Of a DNA stretch of 64,000 nt, positions 30,084-43,175 are shown in pieces; positions within the stretch are counted from its first letter, which is position 1, and the number at the start of each line of letters is the position of its first letter. This DNA comes from the human T2T-CHM13v2.0 reference genome, Homo sapiens: assembly GCF_009914755.1 (NCBI RefSeq), contig NC_060931.1, one strand, 5' to 3'. The notes below the pieces were generated by a model, which was given only the letters and a program-made list of their open reading frames with translations, was not told the origin of the DNA and made no database searches. The position numbers were made by a program, and so were the translations under genes.

Positions 30084-30139
30084 GTAAGAATTCTTTATTA
30101 AAATACAGTCATCACAGGACATCCATATGTCTCTGTCTC

Positions 30140-30272
30140 AGTCTGCCTGTCTGTCTGTCTGTCTAATCTATTTATCTTATTTGTCTATCTTTCTATGAAT
30201 CTAATCTATCTATTCTATCATCTATCATCTCTCTATCATCTATCATCTATCCACGTGTTTATCCTATCTATC

Positions 30273-30315
<43 letters not shown>

Positions 30316-30349
30316 GTCTATCTATCTATTATCTCTCTCTCTCTCTCTC
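30140..30349. repeat. Compound (TCTG)n/(TCTA)n/(TC)n simple repeat
   Basis: Degenerate array with a pure TCTA core at about 30273-30313. Confidence 0.95.
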
Positions 30350-30449
30350 CTATATCTGCTTTCAGAGGTATTGTGGGTATATTTATAGGGACTAAAATAG
30401 AAAAGACCCATATAGTATACTGTGATGCAAATCAAGTTATTCTCAGCAT

Positions 30450-30945
30450 ATAGTGTTCGGTTTGCCCTGCCTTCTTTTGGGAATTGTATCTCTCGTCTTC
30501 TGGGAACCATTCTTTCCACCACTGCAGCCATAACAGAGCTCTCATGGTTTTATCCAAAGTTGTCATTTCCCGGCTACAAAAATTAGTCCAAGGATGTCAC
30601 TACTTCAGGCTGAGCCAGTCATAACCCTTCCCCAGGATTTTAAAAACTGAGCCCAGAGAGCACAAGCTCAGTACCCTTTCATGGGTGAAGCTGAGACTAG
30701 AGATATTAGGAGCTGTAGATACCTATGTTTCCAGCATGGCAGAGTCCAGACTGAGAGAATGAGCCTGGCACACAGGACTAGCACAGACTTGAAGAGAGAG
30801 ACAGTCCTGGCAGTGTCTGAGTTCTTGAAGCCCAGCCTGCTCTTGTGCCTTCCCAATGGTTTGATTTTGTGAACCAAAAATTTCTTTTCATTGTTTAAGT
30901 TACAGTTGGTGGTGTCGTTGCATGTGGTCAAAGGGTCCTGACTAC
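30450..30945 (+). mobile_element. Old MaLR LTR (MLT1J/K/L-like)
   Basis: GGCTGAGCCAGTCA…CCCCAGGATTT…GTGAACCAAAAATTTCTTTTCATTGTTTAAG…AAAGGGTCCTGACTA. Confidence 0.65.
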
Positions 30946-31908
30946 TTTTGATAGGTATTTGTAGGTTTTACTAGCCCATCATCTTTTTCTTCTGTTTCTA
31001 GTGACAGCACTTTGATTTTCTTTTTGTGAAGCACCTCTCTTCATTCTGGTAAATTGGATCACACAGACTCTCATATACCCACTTCTGGCTGCAAGCATGG
31101 ACGTATAATCCAGACATGGCTAATAAGACTTATTCTCAATTTTAATTGGAGCTAGGGGAAAAGAGAAGCTAGAAATGTCTGGGATTATTAATTATTATTA
31201 ATCAAAGAAGCTTAAGAAATAGATCCATGGCTCAGTGTAAGCTACTTTGCCTCAAGAATACATATGTGTCAAGTTTTGATATACAAAACTTTACAACTAA
31301 ACTCTCTGTTCAACAAAAGGTAAGAAGAAAGGAAAAGTGATTTCTTACCTAATGAGAACCTTAAATTCACAGTTAAACTTCACAGTTTGCAAAGGAACTT
31401 GGTGAGGCTGTCAGTGTCAGGGCTGTTGCCATTAGTATCCCTTGTTGTCATCTGCAAAAAACAACATGTAGAGAGGCCAGTGATTCATCTAAGGCCAGAA
31501 ACCCTGGTCTTGGACCCATGCTCTGTCTGACCCCAGAGGTCCTTCCACAACCACACTCAGCATTCCTCCAACAGGCTCTGAGGGGCTGCCCCAGTGCCCT
31601 GGGAAGACTGTGCTCTTTTTCTGAGATTTGTCATTATCTTAATGAAGAGATTCTCATAAATCATGATTCTTTCTGATGCTAAAAGTCCTCTGCCAAGCAA
31701 ACACAAGTGCTTGCAACAGTGAAATCTTCAAAGTGTTGGTTCTTACAAAGACCACGAAAAAGGGTTCTCTTTCAGCTTAAACCTCCCTATACTATCTATT
31801 AAAATATAGTGAGGATTACAGAATCACATTTCAACATATAAAGTCACCTAGAAAAGTGTTTTCCCAAGACTGTTCTCCCAAGATATTCCCTGAACAAAAT
31901 ATATCCAT

Positions 31909-32369
31909 TGTTTTATTAGTTTTCTACGGCAGCTGTGTAACAAATTACCACAAACTGGGTAACTTAAAACAACAGAAATTTATTCTTTCACAGCTCTGGG
32001 GGCCAGAAGTCTGAAATCAAGGTATTGGCAGTGTTGGCTCTTTCTGAGGGCTCTAAGTGACAATCTGTTTCATGCCTGTCCTCTTCTATCTACCAGTGAC
32101 AGCCAGCAATCTTTGACATTCCTTGGCTTTGAGGTACATCATTCCAATCTCTGCCTCCTTCTTCCCATGGCTGTCCTCTCTGTGTGTGTCTCTTTCTTCT
32201 TATAAGGACACCAGTCATATTGGATTAAGAACCTGTCCTACTCCATATGACCTTATCTTAACAAATTACTTCTACAGTGACACCATTTCCAAGTAAGATT
32301 ACATTCTGAGGTACTGGGAGTTAGGCTTCAACACATATTTTTTAGGGGGAAACAATTCAACCCATACAC
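31909..32369 (-). mobile_element. MLT1B/C solo LTR
   Basis: GTAACAAATTACCACAAACTGGGTAACTTAAAACAACAGAAATTTATT…CTTATAAGGACACCAGTCATATTGGATTA…AATTCAACCCAT. Confidence 0.88.
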
Positions 32370-32929
32370 TGGTCAAATATGGTTGAGAAATATTGCACAC
32401 TATACAATCCTCTTTGCAAATGTGTATTAGCATATTAAAGGTTTTGAAGCCAATGAATCTGTTTGATTTTCTTTTAACCTAGCATTTCCAAAATGTGTGC
32501 AACCACACATTATTTTATTCACTTAATATCAATTAACATCCTGAGACTCAATGTTCTGAGAGGCACACCATTTGAAATGTTCATCAGGATGACCTTCAGC
32601 ATATCAGAGACACTCCCCCACTTCCTAGTTGTTAATGAGAACCTCTGTGGCTGGCATGCTCAGTAGTTGGTCAGTAATGACAATATGGTTGGAAACACAG
32701 CAAAACTCTTTCCATGATGCTATAAAACCAGCATCTGTGCAGCTTCTTATAATTGACTCACTTGGCAATATGGCAAATTCATCCCAAAAAAGATGTGGGT
32801 GAGAACTTGTACTTAGGTAAATGTAAAGCCTTAAAGCCTTATCCATTGCTGGGAAAAGATAACTGGAAGAACATATCCTGTGGCTATTAGGTAAGAAGCA
32901 CTATGAAACTTTTTTTCTAGTTAGAAAAG

Positions 32930-32968
32930 TGTGTGTGTGTGTGTCTGTGTGTGTGAGTGTGTGTGTGT
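32930..32968. repeat. Imperfect (TG)n microsatellite
   Basis: TG run with two interruptions. Confidence 0.92.
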
Positions 32969-33046
32969 ATTCATCGAGGGCTGTGGTGGAGGCAGAGTGT
33001 GGGACTGAACAGTGGAGGACTATGCATTCAAACTAGGGAAACTTAT

Positions 33047-33084
33047 TGTATTAGGATTCCCCAGAAAAACTAAACCAATAGGAG

Positions 33085-33132
<48 letters not shown>

Positions 33133-33280
33133 ACGTGCACGTGCGCATGCTCGTGTGTGATTTAGATCTTTAAACTGATTAGATGAGGCCCACCCACATT
33201 AGGGATGGCAATCTACATTCCTCAGTCTACTGATTTCAATGCTAGTCTCATCCAAAAATAACCTCACAGACACATCTAGA
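33047..33280 (-). mobile_element. Internally deleted MLT2 LTR containing a (TG)n(CG)n tract
   Basis: TGTATTAGG…AAACCAATAGGAGATG and ACTGATTAGATGAGGCCCACCCACATT…CTCACAGACACATCTAGA. Confidence 0.8.
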
Positions 33281-33291
33281 TGGAGGACTAT

Positions 33292-33500
33292 CTCCATTTA
33301 CTGACCACAGCATGACTGTGTGAAGATCTGTCTCAAGCACTTTCACACACATTGTCTTACGTTGACCTCATGTCAACCCTTAGATGTAATTTCCATTTTA
33401 CAGATGAAAGAACTATGGTTAGGAGCATTTATAAAAGTAAAATTCCGTCACAAATCGAGCAGTGAAGTCAAGTTAAACTCAGGCTGGAGATCCACTGTAG
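33292..33500 (-). mobile_element. MIR
   Basis: Core CCATTTTACAGATGAAAGAACT. Confidence 0.7.
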
Positions 33501-33781
33501 CATTCTACCATCTTTCCTTGAGAGGCAAGATAGAGCAACGTGGTGAACCTCAAATCTGAGACTACCTTCTATAAGGCTTATTCTGCTAAAGGAAGCTTAT
33601 TCTGCTGAGGAATTGTTGCCTTGCTTTCCTGATGGTTTCATCATTCAGGAAGTAGTGGAATGAACAAGGGACAGTGAACATTTTTAAGAGGTATTTGTTC
33701 TACTGCAGTTGATATGAATATTGCCTGCCACCCCCGGAGTTGTGCAGTATACGGCATGCAGCCCTGGGATCAGCTACTTTA

Positions 33782-33983
33782 TTTTTTTTAATTTTTAATA
33801 TAACTTATATTTTAGGTTCAGAAGTACACGTGCAGACTTGTTATATAGGTAAACACGTGTCACAGGGGTTTGAGATACAGATTATTTAGTCTCCCAGGTA
33901 CTAAGCCTAATACCTAACAGTTATTTTTCCTATTCCTCTCCCTCTTCCCACCTTCCACCCTCTGGCAGGCCCCAGTGTCTGTT
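33782..33983 (-). mobile_element. Short 3' end of an older L1PA with intact TSD
   Basis: Poly(T) followed by antisense L1PA 3'UTR. TSD GGA(T/A)CAGCTACTTTA at 33767-33781 and 33984-33998. Confidence 0.9.
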
Positions 33984-34133
33984 GGAACAGCTACTTTAAA
34001 CATCATTCTTCAAATAGTAAACTAACAAATAAGGTAAAGATGATGAGAACCTTGGTAGAATAGAATCAGATTCTTAGGATTCATAGTAGCATGGTCAAAA
34101 ATGGTCCCTAGACCATAATAATAACTTAATATT

Positions 34134-37100
34134 TACCCAGTAATGGGATTGCTGGATAATATGGTAGTTCTATTTTTAATTTTTTGAGAAAACTCCATAC
34201 TGTTCTCCACAGTGGTTGTACTAATTTACATGCCATCAACAGTGTATAAGGATTTCCATTTCTCCACCTCCATGCCAGCATTTGTTACTTTTGGTCGTTT
34301 TGATAATAGCCATTGTAATTGGGGTGAGATAATTGGGGTGAGATGGTATCTCATTGTGGCTTTGATTTGCATTTCTGTGATGATTAGCGATATTGAGCAT
34401 GTTTTTTCATATGATTGTTGGCTACTTGTAAGACTTTTGAGAAATTCCTATTCAGGTCTTTTGTCCATTTTAAAATCAGATTGTTTTTTGCTATTGTTTG
34501 AGGTCCTTACATCATTTGTATATTAACTCTGTGTCAGATGCATGGCTTGCAAATATTTTCTCCCACTCAGTAGTTTGTGTCTTCACTCTGTTGATTGTTT
34601 CCTTTGCTGTGCAGAAGCTTTTAATTTTGATGTAATCTCATTTGTTGATTTTTTATTTCGTTGCCTGTGCAAGAAAAAATCCTTCTCCAGACCATGAAGC
34701 ATTTATGCTATCTTTCAGGTCATACATTCAAGTCTTAATCCATTTTGAGTTTTTTTTTTATAAGGTGAAAGATACTGTTCTAGTTTCATTCTTCTGTGTA
34801 TGAATACTCAGTCTTCCCAGCACAACTTATTGAAAATACTCTTTCCCCAGTGTATGTTCTTGGTGTCTTTGTTGGAAATCAGTTGGCTCCGTGTGGGTTT
34901 ATTTCTGTATTCTCTATTATGTTCCATTGGTCTGTATGTCTGTTTTTATGCCACTACCATGCTGTTTAGGTTATATAGCTTTGTTGTATATTTTGAAGTC
35001 AGGTAGTGATGCCTTCAGGTTTGTTCTTTTTGCCTAAGGTTACTTTAGCTATTCGGGGTCTTTTGTGGTTCCATAAGAATTTTAGGATTGTGTTTTCTAT
35101 TTCTGTGAAGAATGCCATTGGTATTTTGATAGTGTTTCTATCAAATCTGTAGCTTGCTTTGGGTAGTATGGAAATTTTAACAATATTAATTCTTCTAATC
35201 CATGAATGTAGAATATATTTCCATTTCTTTGTGTCTTCTTCAATTTTGTTCATCAATGTTTTATAATTTTAATTGTAGTGTTCTTTCACCTCCTTGATTA
35301 CATTTCTTCATAGGTGTTTTATTATTTTTATACCTATCGTAAACAGAATTGCTTGTCTGATTTTTTTCCCGGATAGTTTGTTATTGGCATATAGAAACAC
35401 TACTGAATTGTGTGAGCTGATTTTGTATTCTGCAACTTTACTGAATTTGTTTATTAGTTCTAACAGTTTTTTTTTTGTATGAGTGGAGTCTTTAGGGTTT
35501 TCTGTATATAAGATCATGTAATCTGCAAAGAGGAGCAATTTGACTTCCTCCTCACCAATTTAGATTCCCTTTCTTTCTTTAAACTAGTTGCTCTGGCTAG
35601 GACTTTCAATACTATGTTAAATAAAAATGGTGAAAGTGGGCATCCTTATCTTCTTCCAGATATTAGAGGAAAAGCTTTCAACTTTTCCCATTTCACTATG
35701 ATGTTAGCTGTGAGTTTGTTATATATGGCCTTTATTGTGTTGAAGTGTGCTTCTTTTATGCCCCATTTGTTGAGTTTTTAATCATGAAGGGATGTTTTCT
35801 CAAATGATTTTTCTGTGCTTATAGAAATGATCATATGGGTTTTGTCTTGTTTACTTTTGTGGTTTTGTGGATTTTTATAGTGCTAAGCTTTGATTCCTTT
35901 CTCTTTCTCATTTGTGACTCTGCTGCATTTTTTTCATGATTGCCCTGAGGCTTACATTAATAAATATTATAGTTATAGATGACTATTTTAATCTAATAAC
36001 AACTTAATTTTGGTAGCATATAAATATTCTAGACTTTTACCCTCCCAGCCACACTGGTAATTTTTTTTTGCTTTAATTTACATATTTTTATATTGTGTAA
36101 TCCTTAACAACTAATTTTAGGTATGGTTATTGTAGACCATTTTGACTTTCACCTTCATACTAGAGATTTAAAGATTATATCTCATCATTAAAGTAATAGA
36201 GTATTCTGAATTTGATTATGCGTTTACCTCTACCAGTGAGTTTTACACTTTTGTGTGATTTCATGGTAGAAATTAACATCTTTTTGTTTCTAACTGAAGC
36301 ACTCCCTTAAGCATTTCTTGTAGGGCTAGCATAGAGGTGATGAATTCTCTCAGCTTTGGCGTGTCTGGGAAAGACTTTTTTCCTCCTTCATTTCAAAATG
36401 ATAGCTTTACTGGGTATAGTATTCTAGGATGGAAGTTTCTTTTTCTCCTTCAGCACTTTTAATGTATTATTCCATTCATTCTTTCTTGGCCTGCAAGGTT
36501 TCTGCTGAGAAATCTGCTAATAATCCAATGGGAATTCCCTTATATGTGAGTTGACACTTTCTTTTGATGCTTTGAAAACTCTCGTTGTGTTTGATTCTGA
36601 CAGTTGATTATAATATGCCTTAGAGGGGACCTATTTGGGTTGAATATAATTGGGATCCTTTGGGCTTCATAGATCTGGATATCCGTATTTCTCTAAAGAC
36701 ATGGGACATTTCCAGCTATTATTTTGTTAAATAAACTTTCTGTGCCTTTCTCTATCTGTTTTCTTCATGAAAATCCCATGATGTAAATTTTTGTTTGCTT
36801 AATGGTTTCTCGTAAGTCTTGCAGGATTCTTTTTGTTATTTTTCATTCTTTTTTCTTATTTCAAAACTGACTTATTTCAAAAACCCTGTTGTAAGTTAAA
36901 AAATTCTTTCTTCTGCTTGATCTAGTCTGCTGTTGAAGTTACCAACTGTATTTTTAATTTTTTATTGAAGTCTTCAGTCCCAAGATTTGTTTTTTAAATT
37001 GATATTTATCTCTGTTAAATGTCTCATTCAGATAATAAATTGTTTTTCTGATTTGTTGAATTGTCTATCTGTGTCCTCTTGTATCTTGCTGAGTTTCCTT

Positions 37101-38415
37101 AAGTTCATTATTTTTAATTTATAAACTACGATTTCTTTGGGGTCAGTTACTAGAGAATTACTGTGTTTCTTTGATAAAATCATGTCTCATTGATTTTTCA
37201 TGTTTCTTGTATCCCTGCATTGATAATATCTGTGTGTCTGGTGGAACAATCACCTCTTCCAATTTTATAGGGTAGCTATCATAGAAAAAAATTTTTGCTT
37301 GTTGTCTTGTCCTAGGGTGTTGGTTGGGTAAGGTGCATTGTCTTTGGTTCCTGGTGTGTGTAGTGTAACACCTGTGCAGTTTCTTCAGCAGTATTAAATG
37401 TCAGTGATGCCTGTGAGTGCCTCAGTGGCCTAGGCTGGAGGAGTTTGTGCAGCTGCTCTGCTGAGTCAAGCCTGGCTCTCCCACTGGGGTTAGGGGTGCT
37501 GGCTGTTCTCTGTGATAAGTGTGCAGGGGATGCTCTGCTTGGTCAGGTGTTGTCTCCCAACTGGGGACAGGAGTGCCAGGCTATTCCTCATGCCAAGGGT
37601 ACATGGGAGCTGTTTTGCTGGATTGGACACAAGTCTCCATACTGGGGAGAACTGCTTGTTTTCTAGGGGACAGGACATTACATGAGCTTAGGTGCCAGAA
37701 TTATGACTGTTCAGCTGGACTTAGGCTCTGAGTAGCTGGGTTTGGGGTACTGCAGCCATTAGGATGGGGAAGATGGAGTGCCTCCTAGGTAGTTTATTCC
37801 CAGTGTGTATGAAGCTGTAACTACTCCACTGGGGAATAGTGTTACCATGTATATCTACCATGTGGTGGCAACAGAGCCTCAGAGATGGAAAGATGCACTA
37901 CCTACTGGCCCCTAGAGCAAAATCTGCTTTGGAAGTGGCTCTGGTTTCACAATGGGGCTTGAATCATGTGAGAGAGGAGAAGGGGAACAACATGAACGTC
38001 TTTTTTGGAGTAATGCATCCACGTGAACTCCAGACGGCTTACTAGACTGGTCTCAGGGCCTACGAGGACTACAGGGTTTTCGAGCAGTGAAGATTGTAGG
38101 TGTCTGCAGCTTTAATGGGGACAGTTGGAGGTCCCCTGCTTACCCTTTTCTCACAGGGAGAGTATCTCCTGGTCCCAAGCTGATCCCAACTGGGAAGACA
38201 GAGTGGCAAAGGCAGAGTGGGCTTTTTTTCCCCCTTTTAATGTGGGCATCCTGAATCTCTGCTCCCCAGAGTGTCTGCCACTCGCCTGCTGTACTCTAAC
38301 CCTCTCCTTCAGATACTCTAGTCAAAACGTGGTTGTTTATTAATTGTTTTGGGTCCATTTTGTGTAAGGGGATGAATGTTAGGCACCTTTAGTAGGCCAC
38401 ATTGTTGACATCACT
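34134..38415 (-). mobile_element. Old L1M(A) element retaining 5'UTR, ORF1 and ORF2 remnants; internal deletion near 35850; 3' end absent
   Basis: Minus-strand ORFs 35308-35538 (LFADYMILYTENPKDS…) and 34999-35256 are ORF2p-like. A GC-richer L1M 5' region spans 37300-38415. Confidence 0.88.
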
Positions 38416-38844
38416 CCAGAATATTCTGTATCCCTTATAAGACTAATGTGATATAAAGTTTGATTCATGAGCACTCAAAAATCCACAAACATTATGAATT
38501 AATAAATCAATCAGAATTTCATCATAAAAGTTTCCATTGATAAGAATAATAATTTTTTCTTCAGTAAATGAGGTATGGCATGGGCTTACCTCACCCGGGG
38601 TCTGTTCCAGAAGTCTAAGAATTTGAATACTTTGTTTAGTCTTTTATTTCTTCACATTCATTTTGGGAAAAATTCCCTGAACTATAATTTTTAAAAAGTG
38701 AGAGGTGGGCTTGTCTTTTTAGACTATAGTCCTGGTTTAGATTTCCTCGATTTAGATGATTTTAAAAACCTTAACTGGAAAAATGTAAAGCTGTTCTCTC
38801 CTAGTTGAGTGTCTCTTATCACATAATGGTTATGTGACGTTGAG

Positions 38845-38965
38845 CAGGTTAGCTGGCTGAGCCTTAGTTTTGTGATCCATAAAATGAGAATATTACCTTT
38901 GTGGATACGATGTTTCAGGCAATTAAATGAGATGATGTAAGTAAAGTGCTTAGCATAGCATATAA
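38845..38965 (+). mobile_element. MIR
   Basis: GAGCCTTAGTTT…CATAAAATGAGAAT…ATTAAATGAGATGATGTAAGTAAAGTGCTTAGCA. Confidence 0.8.
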
Positions 38966-39093
38966 CCAAAGTGAAACCTCATTTATTCTCATTGAAGAAA
39001 CTCTCCTGATTTGTCAGGTGAAGCCATGTTGTTTCTTCCCTTTTTAAAACATACTAGTGGGTGCCCAGGGCATGCTGAATGCTCATGATTAGA

Positions 39094-39245
39094 AGTTGCT
39101 CAAGATGGTGTGGTCAAGGACCAACAGCAGTTGGCATCACCTCCACGATCATCTGGTGATAGTAACCCAAACTCAGACCTGCTAAATAGGAGTCTGCATT
39201 TTAACAATCTCCAGGTGATTCATAATCACTAAAGTTTAAGTGATT
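39094..39245. mobile_element. MER5-family hAT (Charlie) MITE, degenerate
   Basis: GGACCAACAGCAGTTGGCATCACCT…CAGACCTGCTAAAT…TCTGCATTTTAACAA…CCAGGTGATTC. Confidence 0.7.
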
Positions 39246-39349
39246 CATAATCACTATTACAAGTATACCTGCATAACAAGTACTTGTTCTCAAGTCATTT
39301 GATACTAGTTACTCTTGCTTTTGTAATTACATAATTTAACTAAATATCA

Positions 39350-39560
39350 CATGAAGCTAATAAGAGTGTGAAAAGAGAGTTGTGTTTTTCTGAGAAAATT
39401 AAGTTAAATTCTTTGGAACAACAATGATGAGTGAGTTACAAAAATTGTTGTTGAATTAAGGATGAGTGAGACAACTTTAAAGATTGGAAAATGCTAAAAA
39501 TATATATGAATATTACTCTTTAAGTTCTTCTCTTGCATGTTTTGCTTCTGGACTTTAACT
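39350..39560 (+). mobile_element. Ancient Tigger/pogo transposase N-terminal remnant
   Basis: Degenerate similarity to the pogo HTH-coding region (AAAAGAGAGTTGT…ATTGTTGTTGAATTAAGGATGAGTGAGACAACTTTAAAGATTGG). Confidence 0.45.
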
Positions 39561-41981
39561 TAAAGAAATTTAATAACATTTAGTCATTGGCTGGTGCCAC
39601 CTTGAGAAGAGTGTACACTCAGCTTAAAAAATGGGTACTGAGTAGCCAGTACTTTCTGAGAGGGGTAAGAAAATGACACTCTCCATGTCTGTCAAAACCC
39701 CAGTCTGTGTTCTTTTAAATATGTAAACCTGGGGATACAAGCTTGGTATAAATAAACAAGCCTAGGAGACCAATGTCTCACTGACTTTGTTGGATGAAAA
39801 CCGCTGCCAGTGCAAAGACTTTGAACATCCTGGGTGCAAAAATGATTTATAAATTTTAATGATGGTGCTTGGAACTTGGCAAACAATCAATTATGCACAG
39901 CAATCTCTATAAATATAGTCATCAACAGTCATCCCCAGAGCTGTGAATTAGTTCCTATTTTCAAATTATTGTGAATTTGCTAACTAATCAAAATTCTGAA
40001 CACAAACGGGCTTATTGCAGATACATGATGCATACTAAGCCACCAGGGAAGTATCTGAGTGGGCTTAGTAATATGTCTTCCACCACTTGTATTAAATTTT
40101 ACAAACTAAAAACAGCCAATAAAGAGAAATGTTTTTCTGAAGCATCTATGTATATCTCAAGCTTTGGCACGTAAAGACAAGCTGACTTGGCAAAAGAAGT
40201 GAGATTTAGAGTCTGAAAGCCTGTGTTTGAGGCTGGCCTCTGTCATTTAGTTCCTGACTTAATGTCATTAGGAAATTGGTAATGACCATATTATCTGCTG
40301 GAAGCTTGGGAAGGAAAAGGGAAGTTGATTTGCTGATTTCTTACAATGAGTCAGTGATGTTATTATATTTACATATGACTAATTTAATTCTCAAAAATGC
40401 TGAGAAAATTAGACATTATCTTCATTTAACAGATGGGGAATATGATATGCAGTTACTAATGGCAGAGGTAAATTTGAACCAAATTCTATTCAATAATAGA
40501 AGCTGTGTTCATTTCATTATACGAAACTGCCTACAAATAAGAAGTTTGTGAAACTCATATACATGTAAGTTAGTATTATAAATAGAATGTCAAAATGTGT
40601 CCCATTTTTAACTGAGACTACAATGGCCAAGAACAATATGTTAGGTGTCTAATATCCCTACAGAATGTCCTAAAGCAAGGTGTTAGCCCACATTGGAAGT
40701 CCCAAAGTATTGTAAATATGTTTTCCCAATACTGTTGTATCATGCACTTTGAAGCACTTAAAGGATTGAAGTAAAGAGGCCTGAAGCGAAAGGATTTCTT
40801 TGGAGAGTTGTAAATATTCAACAATCCCCAACTTCCCCTTTTCTCCACCAATGGCATAAGGAAGGCGATGTCTTCCTCTTCATCATAAACCAGAGTAGAA
40901 GTGCTGAAAAGAGGCTCTTTGAGAGGAGAGAAGCTGATATGCTGAAAGAAGCGTGAGAAAACAGAGATCAGATGTCTACCACAGAGCCCGTAATTGTGAG
41001 ACAGGTTGAAGCTGCCCTGCCTTAATGGCAGGTAGAGAGGGTTTCTGGGCTTGCATTCAGTGGGGCAAAGATGAATGCTCTCCAGGGATCAAATGTGAAC
41101 TTAGTGAAGGGAAGCCAGCCTGGAATGAAGAGGTGACCTTACCAGAGGACCTACCAGAAACTGTAGGTCCTATACATCCAGAATGAATAAAGACAGATCA
41201 CAGATATAACTACCATGTAAGACTACTTTTTTCTCTCCTAATACTGCCATCCCTACGCCTAACTCTGGAGGAGTCAGAAACATCAGCTAGAGTGTGGGGA
41301 AGAAAAACTGACCAGCCCTATCTCCCCTATCTCCACTGTAGTTTTCTCTGCTGGAGTCTAAAGGGGGAAAAGGTTTTAGGTTGAAAGAATTTCGGAGTTA
41401 CGTGCTAATTACACTCTCTTAAACATTTTAATTCCAGAAATGAGATTGTTCTTGTGAATGCAAAGGTGCCTTCCCCAGACATTATCAGGCAGTGTGGAAG
41501 AACCAGTTTACAAAATGAGTTTAAAGGAAATGATGAGAATGAATGAAAGTGCTTGTGATTTCTCCCTCAAGAGGTGAGATCATTCACACACCAGCTTTAC
41601 AATTATCCAAAGTGTGGACTTGCCAATGGTCCTCATTCACACTCACTAGGTTGTGGTTGATGTTAAAGGTCAGGTGGTTGAGGTTTCTTGGTGTGGAATT
41701 AGAGATCTGGAAGAAATCTTTATGATCTTTCAATATCTAGCACCCAGCACACTGCCCCACATCTTACAATATCAAATGTTCCATCAACACTTGTTGAATT
41801 GAATGTAGTCCAAAAATCTTCATTTTACAGATTCAGAAAGTGATGTTCAGAAAGGTGAGGTGGCTTGACTAAGGTTGGATAACTAGTCAGAAACATAATT
41901 GAGACTGTCTTTCAGGCCATGATCCCCTTATTACATCTCCATTCTAGTGTAAGCTGCTTCAAAAAACCCAGTTATGAGTCT

Positions 41982-42362
41982 GAGTAGGCTAGGTTATATT
42001 GCTGTAACAAATTAGCTTACAAAATATGGATTTAACACAATAAAGTTCTTATTTTCTTGCATGTCCCACATGGCTGATGCTGGCTAGGTGAGGGCTCTGC
42101 TGCAGGGAAGCCAGGTTGTCAGAGGCTCTTCTGCCATCTTACGTTGCTGTGACTTCTATAGTTGCTACAGCAGAGAGAGCAATGAATAAAGCACACTTTT
42201 TACACTCTCTGGAACTAGAAGTGACACACATCATTTTCTACACTCAGGCCATTGGCCAGAATAAGCACATAGTGCCATTACTTGCAAGGAAGCTGGGAAA
42301 TCTTCCCATGTGCCCATGACAGAAAGAATAACTGGATATAACGAAGCTGGTACTGCTATCAC
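41982..42362 (-). mobile_element. Old MaLR LTR (MLT1J/K/L-like)
   Basis: GGCTAGGTTATATTGCTGTAACAAA…GAAGTGACACACATCA…CCATTGGCCAGAA…GCAAGGAAGCTGGGAAAT. Confidence 0.75.
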
Positions 42363-42839
42363 ACGCAGAAATTAAAACTCATTTTAACCTTTGTTTTCTT
42401 GTTTATTGACCCAAACTCAGAAATGGTCTCTGTCAATCGTAAGGTCACATAGGAGGACTGCTGATGGATGGTCAAGCCAAAATATCTCTTTAAAAGCTTT
42501 TGGTATGCCATGTATAAACTCATACTTGCTTAAGAAATTTCTGCAAAACAGATATTGCAGCCACATATTAGAGCAATCTGGTAAAGCAGTCTGTAGTGCT
42601 GACATGGTAAAAGAAAGTCCTGTGATGAGATATTTTGTTAACAGGTGTTATGTGTTTTTTGAAATGAGGATTTTCCAATAAAAAACAAGCCCCATATTCC
42701 CAGTAACTGAATTATCTCCTAGCAGGAAGATCACACTGCTTTCATAAATAACATATCCTCACAATGAATAGTTTCATATAAAAAATGTCAAATACTCAAG
42801 TTCAGAGAAAGAGTGGAGCTTGGTGGCATATGTTGGTCA

Positions 42840-43175
42840 CATGGCTTCTCAAACTAGTTCTCAAAAATCCATGTTTTTGTCACCATCCCTAGATATTCTA
42901 ATTCCAGAGACTTGGAATGGGGTCTAAGAATCTGTATGTTTCATAAGCACATCAGCGATTGTGCTGCATGTGGTCCTCGGCGTCCACTGAGAAACACTGG
43001 TATATAAAGAGCACAGGTTATGGAGTCAGACTTAGAATTTTGGCTCCACCACTCACAACCAGTGTGACTTCATGTTTCTATATTTGTACAACCACTTATA
43101 GGTTCTTGTAAAGATTAAATGAAATAATATATGTACAATGACTGGCACACAGTAGGCCCTTGAAAAATGCTAATT
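42840..43175. mobile_element. MER5-like MITE (42840-43000) followed by MIR (43000-43175)
   Basis: GGGGTCTAAGAATCTGTATGTTT…TGAGAAACACTG, then TGGAGTCAGAC…GATTAAATGAAATAAT…CTGGCACACAGTAGG. Confidence 0.7.
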
